Assembly: GCF_006345805.1 (NCBI RefSeq)
Contig: NW_021836458.1
Coordinates: forward strand, 1 to 24,211
Origin: Octopus sinensis
Taxonomy: Eukaryota
DNA: 24,211 nucleotides
Direction of reading: 5' to 3'
A program made the translations under genes and the position numbers. The notes below the pieces were generated by a model. That model was not told where the DNA came from. It did not search any database and was given only the letters and a program-made list of their open reading frames with translations. How positions within the stretch are numbered: the first letter of the stretch is position 1; each line of letters starts with the position of its first letter. This document shows, in pieces, positions 1 to 11,008 of the stretch.

Positions 1-693
1 ATTGCAACATAAACCCGTGCGTGATATGTCTTGCATTATGTATTAAGAGTTAGCTATTTAAAAATATATATCTTTAGAACTGTCTATCTTTTATTTTCTT
101 TAATATGTATTTATACAGAGAGGCGAATAACTTTTCATATAATGTATTATATTTAGTTGATGTTGACGGTAGCTCTTTTTTTGTTTTGTTGCTTCTCTTG
201 CTGTTGTTGTTCTTGTAGCAGTTTTTATTTTCACTTTCGTTTTGAGGGTTTTATTATTTTTTCTTCTTTATTTATTTCATTTATTTATTTTGCATGATGT
301 TTTTATTGTTGTCATGATTGTTGCAGTCGTGATAGTAGTCGCATTAGTAAGTTGTGATGGTGGATGTGAAGACAAAGAAAGTGAGCGTTAGTGGTCTTTG
401 AGGGTACAGTGTGGTCTTTGTTTACGCTTCTTAGTATTCTTATACATAATGTTTTGTTTACTTTGAAAATGTTTTTTTCCTATGTTGTTTTTATTGTAGT
501 ATTTTACGTTTTTTACTGTTGCCACTTTTGTTGCTGCAGTAGCTATGGTAATGATGGCAGTTATAACTTCTTGTCAGATTTCTTTATACTCAGGGATAGT
601 CATCAAATAGCATAATACGATTTAAACATAAATATCTGTGTGTATTCTGGGTGTGTTCTCTATCTTAAATGTATGTATGCATATATATATATA

Positions 694-732
<39 letters not shown>

Positions 733-1129
733 ATATTTATATATATATATATATTGTTGTTGTGTATTACTTTCGAAGAATAAGAATGAGAGCTCAACAC
801 CGCATTGTGCTTTATTAACAAAGCTACCAATGGTTTCATGCGAAGAGATCTTCATAATTTGTGTATGTGTGCGTCGTGCGTGTATTTGGGGTTATATTTT
901 AGATTTTTTTTCTTTTGCAATCTTCAAGACCTTCATATGTTTGTTGTGTATATGTGTATGTGTTGATAAACGTGCACCTGTGCGCACGCGTGTCACAACT
1001 ATACACAAGTGCATATTCCATTACTGCTTTTCTGTGTATGTTCATTTGTATTCCACATGTGTATGGCTGTGTGTCATTGTTCACCCAGAAACCTCAAATG
1101 AAGAATCTCCGGAATGTTTTACATAAATA

Positions 1130-1350
1130 TAAGTATGTATGTATGTTTGTATGTATGTATGTTTGTATGTATGTATGAATGTATGTATTATGTATACATT
1201 TATGTACTTATGTATGTGCGGATATGTATCTATGCACGTTTTTATATACGTATGTATGAGTGTGTGTGTATATATATATATGTATATATATGTATGTATG
1301 TATGTATGTAATAATGTATATATGTATATATGAATGTATGTATGTATGTA
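1130..1350. repeat. Compound (TATG)n microsatellite
   Basis: Visible directly in the sequence. Confidence 0.9.
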
Positions 1351-1351
1351 T

Positions 1352-2040
1352 ATCTCTTCAATTTTTGAATTGTTATAAATCTTCCATTAAGGAGGAAGCC
1401 GGTTTCCAACAAAGATGCAAGGCTCTATCCTTGGGATCTAGTTAAGACAGACAAATTCGCATTTGGAACTCGAGAAAAGTCTTGCATATTTGTACTGCTC
1501 CATCACAGATTGCACTTGTAATGTATGAATTAGCCGGTCAATTTTTCTTTCTGAAAATCTCAGTTTATCCCGATTCTCCTTTAAGCATTTACTAACAAAA
1601 CCTTGTACTCCAATTATTATTGCTATGAATATGAATTCATAGTCTGGATATAGAAGCTGGAGGTTTCGAAGCAGTTGTCCATAGATACCCTCTTTTTCTT
1701 TGATTTTCAAAGAAATATTTTTATCTGCAGGGCAGCTGACCTCTATGATGCTACATACCTTTGCCCCTCTGTCCCAAACAACAATATCCAGCCTGCTATA
1801 TTTACATTTGGCAGAGGTTTTGATGGGAATATTCCACCAGTATTCCTTGAGTTGGTGTTTAAGAATGTATTCCATAACAGAAGGATTTTCTGAGTTTATT
1901 TCAGAAGAGTCTTTTTTTTTTGCAGATGTTTTTGTAAACATCGTGCTGTGAAGACATTTTAGGACAGCTGCTAAACACATGCGTGATGTCTTCCAAAGAC
2001 ACAGCCTATGTATTCGGTTGCACTTTGGGTGTGTATACAA
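1352..2040 (-). mobile_element. 3' fragment of a second RLE-type non-LTR retrotransposon (degenerate knuckle, endonuclease domain, short 3' UTR)
   Basis: ORF 1438-2106 contains WWNIPIKT..R(L)DIVVWD..IIEVSCPAD.NI..K.KEK..Y, an RLE PD-(D/E)xK fold with PD changed to LD. An alternate frame upstream gives EDITHVFSSCP (knuckle half). Flanked by (TATG)n-type repeats on both sides. Confidence 0.8.
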
Positions 2041-2109
2041 GCTTGTATGTATGGATGGATAGATGAATGAATGAATGGATAGATGGATGTGTATGTGTGT
2101 GTGCAAATA

Positions 2110-2310
2110 TATTTGTGTATGCAGAACATTGAGAATCTAACTACTGGAAGGAAAGAGGACATCACCAGTAGTCAGATGGTATCCATTTTCAACTGAGTAG
2201 ACTGCAGCAACGTAAAATAAATTGCCTTGCTCAAGGAGGCGACACGTCGCCCGATCGAGAGACCTAACGTACGACCTTAGGTCTCAATACACTAAACGCT
2301 CGGTCACCTG
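2110..2310 (-). mobile_element. Degenerate SINE related to 21725-22045
   Basis: Reverse complement contains ccttgagcaaggcaatttattttacgttgctgcagtctactcagttgaaaatgg. Confidence 0.5.
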
Positions 2311-2731
2311 CTTTCACTGGACACTAGTATGATTCTGAAAAAATATTTATGCCTGTATGCACTCTGAATATAAATCCTATGGTTGCGCGTGGTTACTGGT
2401 CATCTCGCTTCGGCCAGTCACTGGGTACTGACCAGGGAAAATGAGGGAGTGGTGCTCCTGTTCTACAGATGATTATAACTATAACCCGATGGCGTCCAGA
2501 TGTTTCTGTGCGGTGACCTCATTTGTCATTCCATCTACTGAGAGACCTATGGTGATGGAAAAGCGGTGATGTGTGCAGACCTACCTGACCAGTTGGAACC
2601 ACACAGTAAATTACAACTTGTTTGTTACTGATGCATCAAAGCATACGAATCTGTAACGGAACTGAGTAGTCATCTCAAAGGTCATGGTTGGAAAATCAAA
2701 AATTACTTTGACAACGAGGAAGCAAATATCT

Positions 2732-3137
2732 TTTCTTTTCTATTCTAAGCACAATGCCCGAGATTTGGGGAAGCGGGCCAGTCGATTAACTCAATCCCAG
2801 TACGCAACTGGTACTTAATTTATTAAGCCCTAAGGGATGAAAGGCAAAGTCGACTTCGGCGGAATTTGAACTCAAAACCTAATGACAGACGAAATACCTA
2901 TTTCTTTACTACCCACAAGGGGCTAAACACAGAGGGGACAAACAAGGACAGACAAACGGATTAAGTCGACTACATCGACCCCCAGGGCGTAACTGGTACT
3001 TAATTTATCGACCCCGAAAGGATGAAATACAAAGTCGACCTCGGCGGAAGTTGAACTCAGAACGTAACGGCAGACGAAATACGGCTACGCATTTCGCCCA
3101 GCGTGCTAACGTTTCTGCCAGCTCGCCGCCTTAAGAC
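2732..3137 (-). mobile_element. Dimeric tRNA-derived SINE (full monomer 3132-2901 plus headless monomer 2900-2732)
   Basis: Head AAGGCGGCGAGCTGGCAGAAACGTTAGC, B-box-like GAGTTCAA.TTCC, and the core GTCGACTTTG..TTTCATCC....GGGTCGATAAATTAAGTACCAG present twice. The unit is bracketed by direct repeat AGCAAATATCT (2721-2731, 3138-3148). Confidence 0.85.
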
Positions 3138-3517
3138 AGCAAATATCTGAGAACAAGAAGGAGTCGCCATAAGTGTTTATATATGTGTCAGTAAGTTTTT
3201 AAGTATATCTATATGCGCGTTAATAAATGCAGATATCTAATACATACTCATATGCACTTCTACTTATATGTATACACAACGAAAATTATAGGTAATGGTT
3301 GTTTCGAGAGGTGTTGGTAAATGTAATCATATTTCTAAGGCTACATTTAATGTTTCAAGTAGTTTGTAAGTAACATACATTATATGCATGGCTATCTTGT
3401 TAAGATATCGCAGAGAACTTAGGAATTAGATTTTAAACACGCATTTGACGGATTTCCAGGATGAAAGAATGTGTACATATATATTTATATATATATATAA
3501 TATATATATATATATTA

Positions 3518-3556
<39 letters not shown>

Positions 3557-3720
3557 TATATATACTATATATATATATATACATATATATATACATATAT
3601 ACATATCACTACACCACATGACTTTAACATCACATCACATATGATGTGCCATACTATACACACACCAACTAATACATACTAATACGTACTAATACATACT
3701 AGTACATACTAATACATACA

Positions 3721-3986
3721 CCAACCCTATACATACACACGTCCAGACCCCGCATACGCACTTATACTCTCTCATACACACACACACACTCTTATACATA
3801 GCAATACGTACTAATACATACTAATACATACTAATACATACACCAACCCCATACATACGCACGTCCAGACCAATCCTACGCACTAATACTCTCTCATACA
3901 CACACACACACACACACACACCCTTATACATACTAATACATACACCAACCCTATACATACACACATCCAGACCCCTCCTACGCACT
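3721..3986. repeat. Minisatellite of about 100-120 bp, about 2.4 copies
   Basis: ccaaccc.atacatac.cac.tccagacc starts at 3721, 3843 and 3945. Confidence 0.85.
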
Positions 3987-4156
3987 ATTAGCTGGTCCCT
4001 CAACCCTTTTATCACCCTATTATCTCCCCTTATTTCGCTCTCGCGTCTCATGTTTGATCTTTGACCTCTGGCCGAAATCAGATCGCCATGTTGATTCGTT
4101 AGCTACTGCACGCATTTTTTTCTCTCCTTCTTTCTGTGTTTTTCTCTCTCTGTGTA

Positions 4157-4194
4157 TCTTTCTGTTGAAGAGCGTAGGCTCGAAACGTTAAAGA
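4157..4194 (+). ncRNA. Type I hammerhead-ribozyme-like motif (non-canonical core)
   Basis: TCTTT-CTGTTGA-A-GAGC(GTAG)GCTC-GAAAC-GT-T-AAAGA: stem I TCTTT/AAAGA, stem II GAGC/GCTC, minimal stem III AC/GT. Core is CUGUUGA rather than CUGANGA. Confidence 0.45.
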
Positions 4195-4368
4195 CTTGTT
4201 TTATTTATATTTCCTGAGCGCCATACTAATACAATTGTTCGTTTGTTTTCCACCTGCCTTCGTCTTTTGTTTATTTTCATAAAGCTTCCCGTTATATATG
4301 TATATATATGTATATATGTATATATATATATATATATAATATATATTATATATATATATATAATATAT

Positions 4369-4430
<62 letters not shown>

Positions 4431-5025
4431 CATGTGACACATTCATATATGTAATATGTACCATATATATATAGATGTATTTATATATACGTATATGTGT
4501 GTGTGTGTCCATGCATACATACATTATGTATGTATGTATGGATACATACATACACACATACATACAAACATACATACATATATAATTGTATGTACAATTA
4601 TATATGTATTTGTGTGTGAGTGTGCATAAATATATATTATATATATATATGTCTGTGCGCGCTTATGTATGTATGTATGTATGTATGTATGTATGGATGT
4701 ATGTATGTATGTATGTATGTATGTATGTATGTATGTATGTGGAGTCTAACATAGTGGAATGCTTAAGAAATTTGCTTTGCAATTACGAGGATTCGCGTTC
4801 AATTCCAGCCTACGGAATCTTGGCCAAATACGTTTTACCTCAGCAGTGAGTCAATTCATCCTTTACGGGCAAAATTGTAGGTCCTGCCTTCTTATGCTCT
4901 GTATTACGTTTATCCCGCTTGAGGATTAGTTAAAGATTGTATGTGTCGCTTGTTTCATGAAGTAGGTTGTCAAGTTGATCAAAATGAATACTCCTCGTTG
5001 AAAATGACCGAGATTCATGGTGAAA

Positions 5026-5250
5026 GCGCGTGATCTGGTGGTTAGTGTGTTGGATTTAAGATCATGAAGTTGTGTATTGGTACTCGAAGCCAGGCGATGT
5101 TTGGACCTTCTGAGTTCGAATTCTGCTGAGGTCGACCCTTCATCCTTTCGGGCCGTTAAAATAAGTAGCTGTTGAATGATGAGGTCGATGTGTTCGACTT
5201 AACCACCTCCTCCGGAATTTCTGGCCTTGTGCCAAAATTTGAAATCATTA
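5026..5250 (+). mobile_element. Diverged SINE sharing the same central core
   Basis: gagttcgaattctgctgaggtcgacccttcatcctttcggg..ggccttgtgccaaaatttgaaa. Confidence 0.65.
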
Positions 5251-5255
5251 CTATA

Positions 5256-5287
<32 letters not shown>

Positions 5288-5288
<1 letters not shown>

Positions 5289-5724
5289 TGATATAAAAGA
5301 TGGGCTACAGCAAATATTCAGCTCAATACCACAGATTTGCTTGTCAGTTGTTTGACCTTAACCAGTTGACCATGTGGTTGGCGTTATGTGCATCTCTGAT
5401 CACGAGCAGAAGTAGTGAGGGAACATCACAGCCGTGTATTGAAAGGAATTCTTAGAGGTTTGGATAATTCACCTCTGGACACATAGGTGGTTCGTTCAAC
5501 ATCCTTAAACAATCCTTATTCAGAGACCAGAAGAAATTTCTAACTGGGCCCTACCTGCAAGGTCTTGCGCTGTTTATCTTGATAAAGATCACCATGTCGC
5601 GCATATATGGTTGTGATGCATGTGCCTTGTGTACCCTTATCAGACGGGTTGTCATGATGGGTATACTGGGCCTCGTATATTTTAACTCAGCGTCACTTTG
5701 ATGGCATGCACTGCTCTCTCACTC
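5288..5724 (+). mobile_element. Non-coding retroelement 3' fragment (probable LINE 3' UTR) between (TAA)n tracts, copy 1
   Basis: Highly similar to the reverse complement of 13536-14003 (3 mismatches in the first 83 nt compared). Ends ..ctctctcactc(AAT)n. Confidence 0.75.
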
Positions 5725-5845
<121 letters not shown>

Positions 5846-6045
5846 TGGTCAGCTGACAGAATCGTTAGCACGCCGAGCCAAGTGCTTAGCGACATTCTGT
5901 CCGTCTTAACGTTCCGAGTTCAAGTCGCCGCGATTGACTTTGCTTTTCATCCTTTTTGGTGGCCGATAAAATACGTATTAGTCATGTAATCACTATTCCC
6001 CTCCTCTAACATTCCAGGCCTTGTGCCTATAGTAGAGAGGGTTAT
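5846..6045 (+). mobile_element. tRNA-derived SINE (same family, diverged) with (ATT)n tail
   Basis: agctgacagaatcgttagcacgcc..gagttcaag..gactttgcttttcatcc..ggccttgtgcctatagtag. Confidence 0.8.
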
Positions 6046-6047
6046 TG

Positions 6048-6065
6048 ATATTATTATTATTATTA

Positions 6066-6132
<67 letters not shown>

Positions 6133-6167
6133 CATCATCATTATCATCATCATTATTATTATTATTA

Positions 6168-6222
<55 letters not shown>
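6048..6222. repeat. (ATT)n microsatellite
   Basis: Visible directly in the sequence. Confidence 0.95.
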
Positions 6223-6224
<2 letters not shown>

Positions 6225-6661
6225 GTCCTTTCGTCATTTCCCTCTCTCCGTTTTTGATTTCTTCGAAAGTCCCTTCTCATATCAATCTTTTTTATATATA
6301 TTTTAAACAAATAACATCGTATGATGATTATCTCTCAGCAATTTTTGTAGTTGTAATGTTGATGGGGAGAAAGGAGAAGGAAAAGTCTGATATAGAATGA
6401 ATCGTGGAATCACGTTTTCGGATGTTAAACATTAGTAAAAGACATGTCGTTACCAGCAACTGTTTTGCATATATTTTTTCTTATTTCCTTGGAAATAAGA
6501 GCGTGAGGAGAAGACCTTCGGAAACATCTGGTTAATGGTAATATTTTTTGCTGTATTCAAACTGCTATTTTTAAAGTGAAAGAGAAAAATTGCATTCTAA
6601 AATATTCCTAAAAGACAAAAACAAATATACAAAATTGGCAAAGATTCCATAAATGTAATAT

Positions 6662-6725
6662 CACGTGTCAGTGTCAAAACCAGACATTGGCTGTTCAACC
6701 GGAAGTATAACCAAAACGCCATTTT
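6662..6725. promoter_or_regulatory. Cluster of promoter-type motifs: E-box, CCAAT (reverse), ETS, YY1
   Basis: CACGTG 6662-6667, ATTGG 6686-6690, AACCGGAAGT 6697-6706, CGCCATTTT 6717-6725. Motif matches only; function untested. Confidence 0.3.
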
Positions 6726-6859
6726 TCTTTCCATTAATCATTATGATGACTTCATAACTAGTCTGAATAAAATTTAACCTTCGCCCTCCTTTTTCTTCCT
6801 ACTTATTCTTTGCCGACTTCTTTCTTTCTCTTCGTAGAGTTATCAATATCCTTCACACT

Positions 6860-7075
6860 AAGGCGGCGAGCTGGCAGAAACGTTAAACACGCCGGGTGAA
6901 ATGCTTAGCGGTATTTCGTTTGTCGTTACTTTCTGAGTTCAAATTCCGCCGAAGTTGACTTTGCCTTTCATCCTTCAGGGGTCGATAAATTAAGTACCAG
7001 TTGAGTACTGGGGTCGATCTAGTCTACTGGCACCCTTCCCAAAAAGTTTCGAGCCTTGTACGTAAAGTAGAAAAG
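6860..7075 (+). mobile_element. tRNA-derived SINE with 15-bp target site duplication
   Basis: Same head, B box and core as above. AATATCCTTCACACT occurs at 6845-6859 and 7076-7090. Confidence 0.9.
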
Positions 7076-7151
7076 AATATCCTTCACACTGTTTCTTTCA
7101 TTCCCTCTGCCTCTCTTTTTATATCCATCTATTTATATGCATACACGCGCA

Positions 7152-7552
<401 letters not shown>

Positions 7553-7559
7553 ATTAGCA

Positions 7560-7632
7560 AATGGAGGGGCCAACTTCGAATACGGGTGATATTTTGGAAA
7601 AAAAGTGGAACTTATACACGCGAAGTACGGTA
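7560..7632. mobile_element. Possible DNA transposon (Tc1/pogo-like) terminal remnant
   Basis: CTTATACACGCGAAGTACGGTA (7611-7632) is the reverse complement of TACCGTA....CGCGTGTATAAG, resembling pogo/Tigger-type termini. No partner terminus found. Confidence 0.35.
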
Positions 7633-7717
7633 TTTTATTTTATAATCCTTTGTTTATGTGTTGTTTCTTTGTTGTTTTAGTGTTTATTTATGACTTGTGT
7701 TTGCTTATATCGTTTAG

Positions 7718-7893
7718 GTGTGGGGTTTGCACTTCGCAAAATAGTATCGAAGCTCAGCAGTTATACGAATATACAGGTAGACGAGAGTGGTACGTGGACC
7801 CTTGATATCACGTCGACGTTTAAAAATATACATCTTCAGTTTAAACTTGGCGAGGAATTCGACGAAACTACAGGAGATGGCCGTCACATGAAA
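7718..7893 (+). CDS. FABP: Fatty acid-binding protein (iLBP/FABP family, ReP1-NCXSQ-like), coding exon 2
   Basis: Translates (G)VGFALRKIVSKLSSYTNIQVDESGTWTLDITSTFKNIHLQFKLGEEFDETTGDGRHMK, with the FABP signature STFKN..F.LGEEFDETT.DGR. Flanked by tttAG (7716-7717) and GTgagt (7894). Phase 1 start, phase 0 end, 176 nt, matching canonical FABP exon 2 (about 173 nt in vertebrates). Confidence 0.95.
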
Positions 7894-7993
7894 GTGAGTA
7901 TATATCTATCCCGCCCTCGCCCCTCTATCTCTATGTAAGTAGCTTTTATATATGTATATGTATGTATGCTTATATATGTGTGTAAGTGTGTGC

Positions 7994-8042
<49 letters not shown>

Positions 8043-8584
8043 ACGATATTATAACGATAAATTATTGTATCATGATATATCAAATACATTATAATATAGA
8101 TGGTTATACCAATTAAAAACCAGAAAGATACAATACATAAATAAAGGTGTAAAATAGGCCCAGCAATTGCTAGAAATAAGAGCTAAAAATATGACTCAAA
8201 TAGCCACACAAAATCATCAACCACATGAGATGTTATATATATATATATGGAACGAAAAACGCAATGGAGGGCATTAAAACGTTCTGACAGATAGACGATA
8301 CAAAGGCGGACAAGAGAAACAACAATTAGGACAGGCAAAAAAAGACTGGTATTTCTTGTTTTTTTTCATCAGGGAAGTCCCAGAAATCACGACCATTTCG
8401 GGCAGTTACACTTGAGATAGTTCGATCTGGTTACCCCCAAATAAGTCTAAGCGAAGAGCATTAGACCGCTTTGTATAAAAGCTAGCGAATGTGTACGGCA
8501 ACAAAGAAAAAAAAACAAATAAACAAAAAAATGGAGATCATAGTACACAATCATGAATACAAACAACAATTAATTATTGTTATA

Positions 8585-8996
8585 CTCTTTACTCTTTTGC
8601 TTGTTTCAGTCATTTGACTGCGGCCATGCTGGAGCACCGCCTTTTAGTCGAGCAAATCGACCCCAAGACTTATTCTTTGAAAACCTAGTACTTATTCTAT
8701 CGGTCTTTTTTGCCGAACCGCTATGTTACGGGGACCTAAACACACCAGCATCGGTTGTCAAGCGATGTTGGTTGGGTGGACAAATACAGCCATAGAAACA
8801 TATACACACACATATATATACACACACATATATACGACGGTCTTCTTTCAGTTTCCGTCTACCAAATCCACTCACAAGGCTTTAGTCGGTCCGAGGCTAT
8901 AGTAGAAGGCGCTTGCTCAAGGTGCCACGCAGTGGGAATGAAACCGGAACCATGTGGTTGGTAAGCAAACTACTTACCACACAACCACTCATGCAG
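8585..8996 (-). mobile_element. Second tRNA-derived SINE family, with an internal (TA/CA)n
   Basis: Reverse complement reads gtggtaagtagtttgcttaccaaccacatggttccggtt..gcaag..cttctactatagcc..ttgtgagtggatttggtagacggaaactgaaagaag..ggtgctccagcatggccgcagtcaaatgactgaaac. Related copies at 18065, 19465, 22063 and 22544. Confidence 0.85.
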
Positions 8997-9000
8997 CCAT

Positions 9001-9425
9001 GTTAAATTCAAATTACGATGAACGTAAACAAACAAACGAAGTTTGCTTTAGAAGCGTTGAGATATCTTAGAAAGTTAAAGAAGTGATTTTAAATTCGCAA
9101 ACATAGGATACTGCTAATAATATTCCCTAATAAGCTACCCATATTTTGCGGAAAAAAGTGCTGACTGAGACTCGAACTCACACCTCCGTGATTACGCGTC
9201 ACGGTGCTCTGAATCATTAATCTAAACCGCCAACACCACAAATTCTTCCGGCAATTTAAGATATATAGAAATCTCGCTTTATGAGACGTTATCATACGTT
9301 AAATTTAAATTACGATGAACGTAAACAAACAAACGAAGTTTGCTTTAGCAGCGTTGGGATGCCTTACAAAGTTAAACAAGTGATTTTAAATTCTCAAGTG
9401 CAGGATCATGCTAATAATATAGCCC
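9001..9425. repeat. Direct repeat of about 127 bp (9001-9127 and 9298-9425)
   Basis: Both start gttaaatt.aaattacgatgaacgtaaacaaacaaacgaagtttgctttag, with one mismatch in the first 50 nt and more divergence distally. Confidence 0.9.
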
Positions 9426-9431
9426 GAACAG

Positions 9432-9432
9432 G

Positions 9433-9483
<51 letters not shown>

Positions 9484-9510
9484 TTATTGTTATTATTATT
9501 ATCATTATTA

Positions 9511-9569
<59 letters not shown>

Positions 9570-9852
9570 GTTATTATTATTATCATTATTATCATTATTA
9601 TTATTATTATTATAATTATTATTATTATTGTTATTATTATTATCATTATTATCATTATATATTATTATTATTATATTATTATTATTATTATTATTATTAT
9701 TGTTATTATTATTATCATTATTATCATTATTATTTATTATTATTATTATTATTATATTGTTATTATTATTATCATTATTATCATTATATTATTATTATTA
9801 TTATTTATTATTATTGTTATTATTATTATTGTTATTATTATTATCATTATTA

Positions 9853-9890
<38 letters not shown>

Positions 9891-9912
9891 GTTATTATTA
9901 TTATCATTATTA

Positions 9913-9963
<51 letters not shown>

Positions 9964-9994
9964 TATTATTGTTTTATTATTATCATTATTATCA

Positions 9995-10039
<45 letters not shown>

Positions 10040-10050
10040 TGTTTTTGTTG

Positions 10051-10133
<83 letters not shown>

Positions 10134-10152
10134 TCATTATTATTATTATTAT
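9432..10152. repeat. Compound (TTA)n/(TCA)/(TAG)n microsatellite with higher-order units
   Basis: About 700 bp with a recurring block ttgttattattattatcattattatcatta, and (AGT)n near 10088-10132. Confidence 0.95.
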
Positions 10153-10743
10153 TTTAATCCCATCACTAGTGTCTGGGGCAACGTATTCTCGTTTAGCTAG
10201 TGTGTATGTGTGTGTGAGTGTGTATGTGTGTGTGAGTGTGTGTGTATATATATATCTATGTGTGTGTGTGTGTGTGTGTGTGAGAGTTTGGTTTGTATAA
10301 ATGATGAAAGTTGCAATAAATTCCAATGTTAGACCCTCGCCTTGCCGGGAGCGTGAACAAAGAAACGGAAACCAATTTACTGAATCTGCCATTAAACCGA
10401 TGCTTATTATCGCCTGCAGCAAACTTGACGGAATATCTTGATATTATTTACTTGCGATTCCTTATAAATCTCTCGGAATCCTTATATTATCAGAATGTGT
10501 TAGTGTCTGACTGCATGTAGTGCTAATGTTTCCATTTCTACCGGTTTTCTGCGCTGTTTCTGCGTATATTATTGTGTTTTTAGTGTCCTATATGGTTCGT
10601 GTTTTGTTTATGAGCATATGTTTGTCTTTGTTGCCTGCGTATACATGCTCTGTATGCATTTGTATGCAAATATACTGTGTATGCGTGTGTGTATTTGCAA
10701 GCACACGTAATTGTACATACATGTACAAATAATAAATATAAAT

Positions 10744-10800
<57 letters not shown>

Positions 10801-10951
10801 ATATTATTTGTACATGTATACTTGGTATGAATGAAGTCTTGCTTTCAACCTTCTGGGGTCGATTCAATGGAGTACAAGTCAAATACTTGATTGTTACTCC
10901 TTGATTCTTCTTCTACTTGTATTTTTACATTTTACTAATATTATTATTATA

Positions 10952-11008
<57 letters not shown>

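Larger units (their letters stand above)
3600..4295 (+). mobile_element. (TA)n-flanked non-coding element with internal tandem repeat and hammerhead-like motif (possible Penelope-like or retrozyme-type terminal repeat)
   Basis: (TA)n-rich tracts on both sides, about 2.4 copies of a 100-120 bp unit (3721-3986), and a hammerhead-like motif at 4157-4194. The family assignment is inference. Confidence 0.45.

Noticed and set aside
1-640. Strand-biased low-complexity region with 74-aa ORF
   Set aside because: Multiple stops in all frames and no recognisable domain.
6860-6950. tRNA-like A and B boxes
   Set aside because: They are SINE heads; there is no cloverleaf or acceptor stem, so no tRNA gene is called.
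8340-8375. CTGATGA...GAAA on the minus strand
   Set aside because: No stem II (poly-A spacer) and no in-register stem I, so not called a hammerhead.
9281-10300. 339-aa ORF rich in Y, L, I and S
   Set aside because: Translation of a (TTA)n microsatellite.
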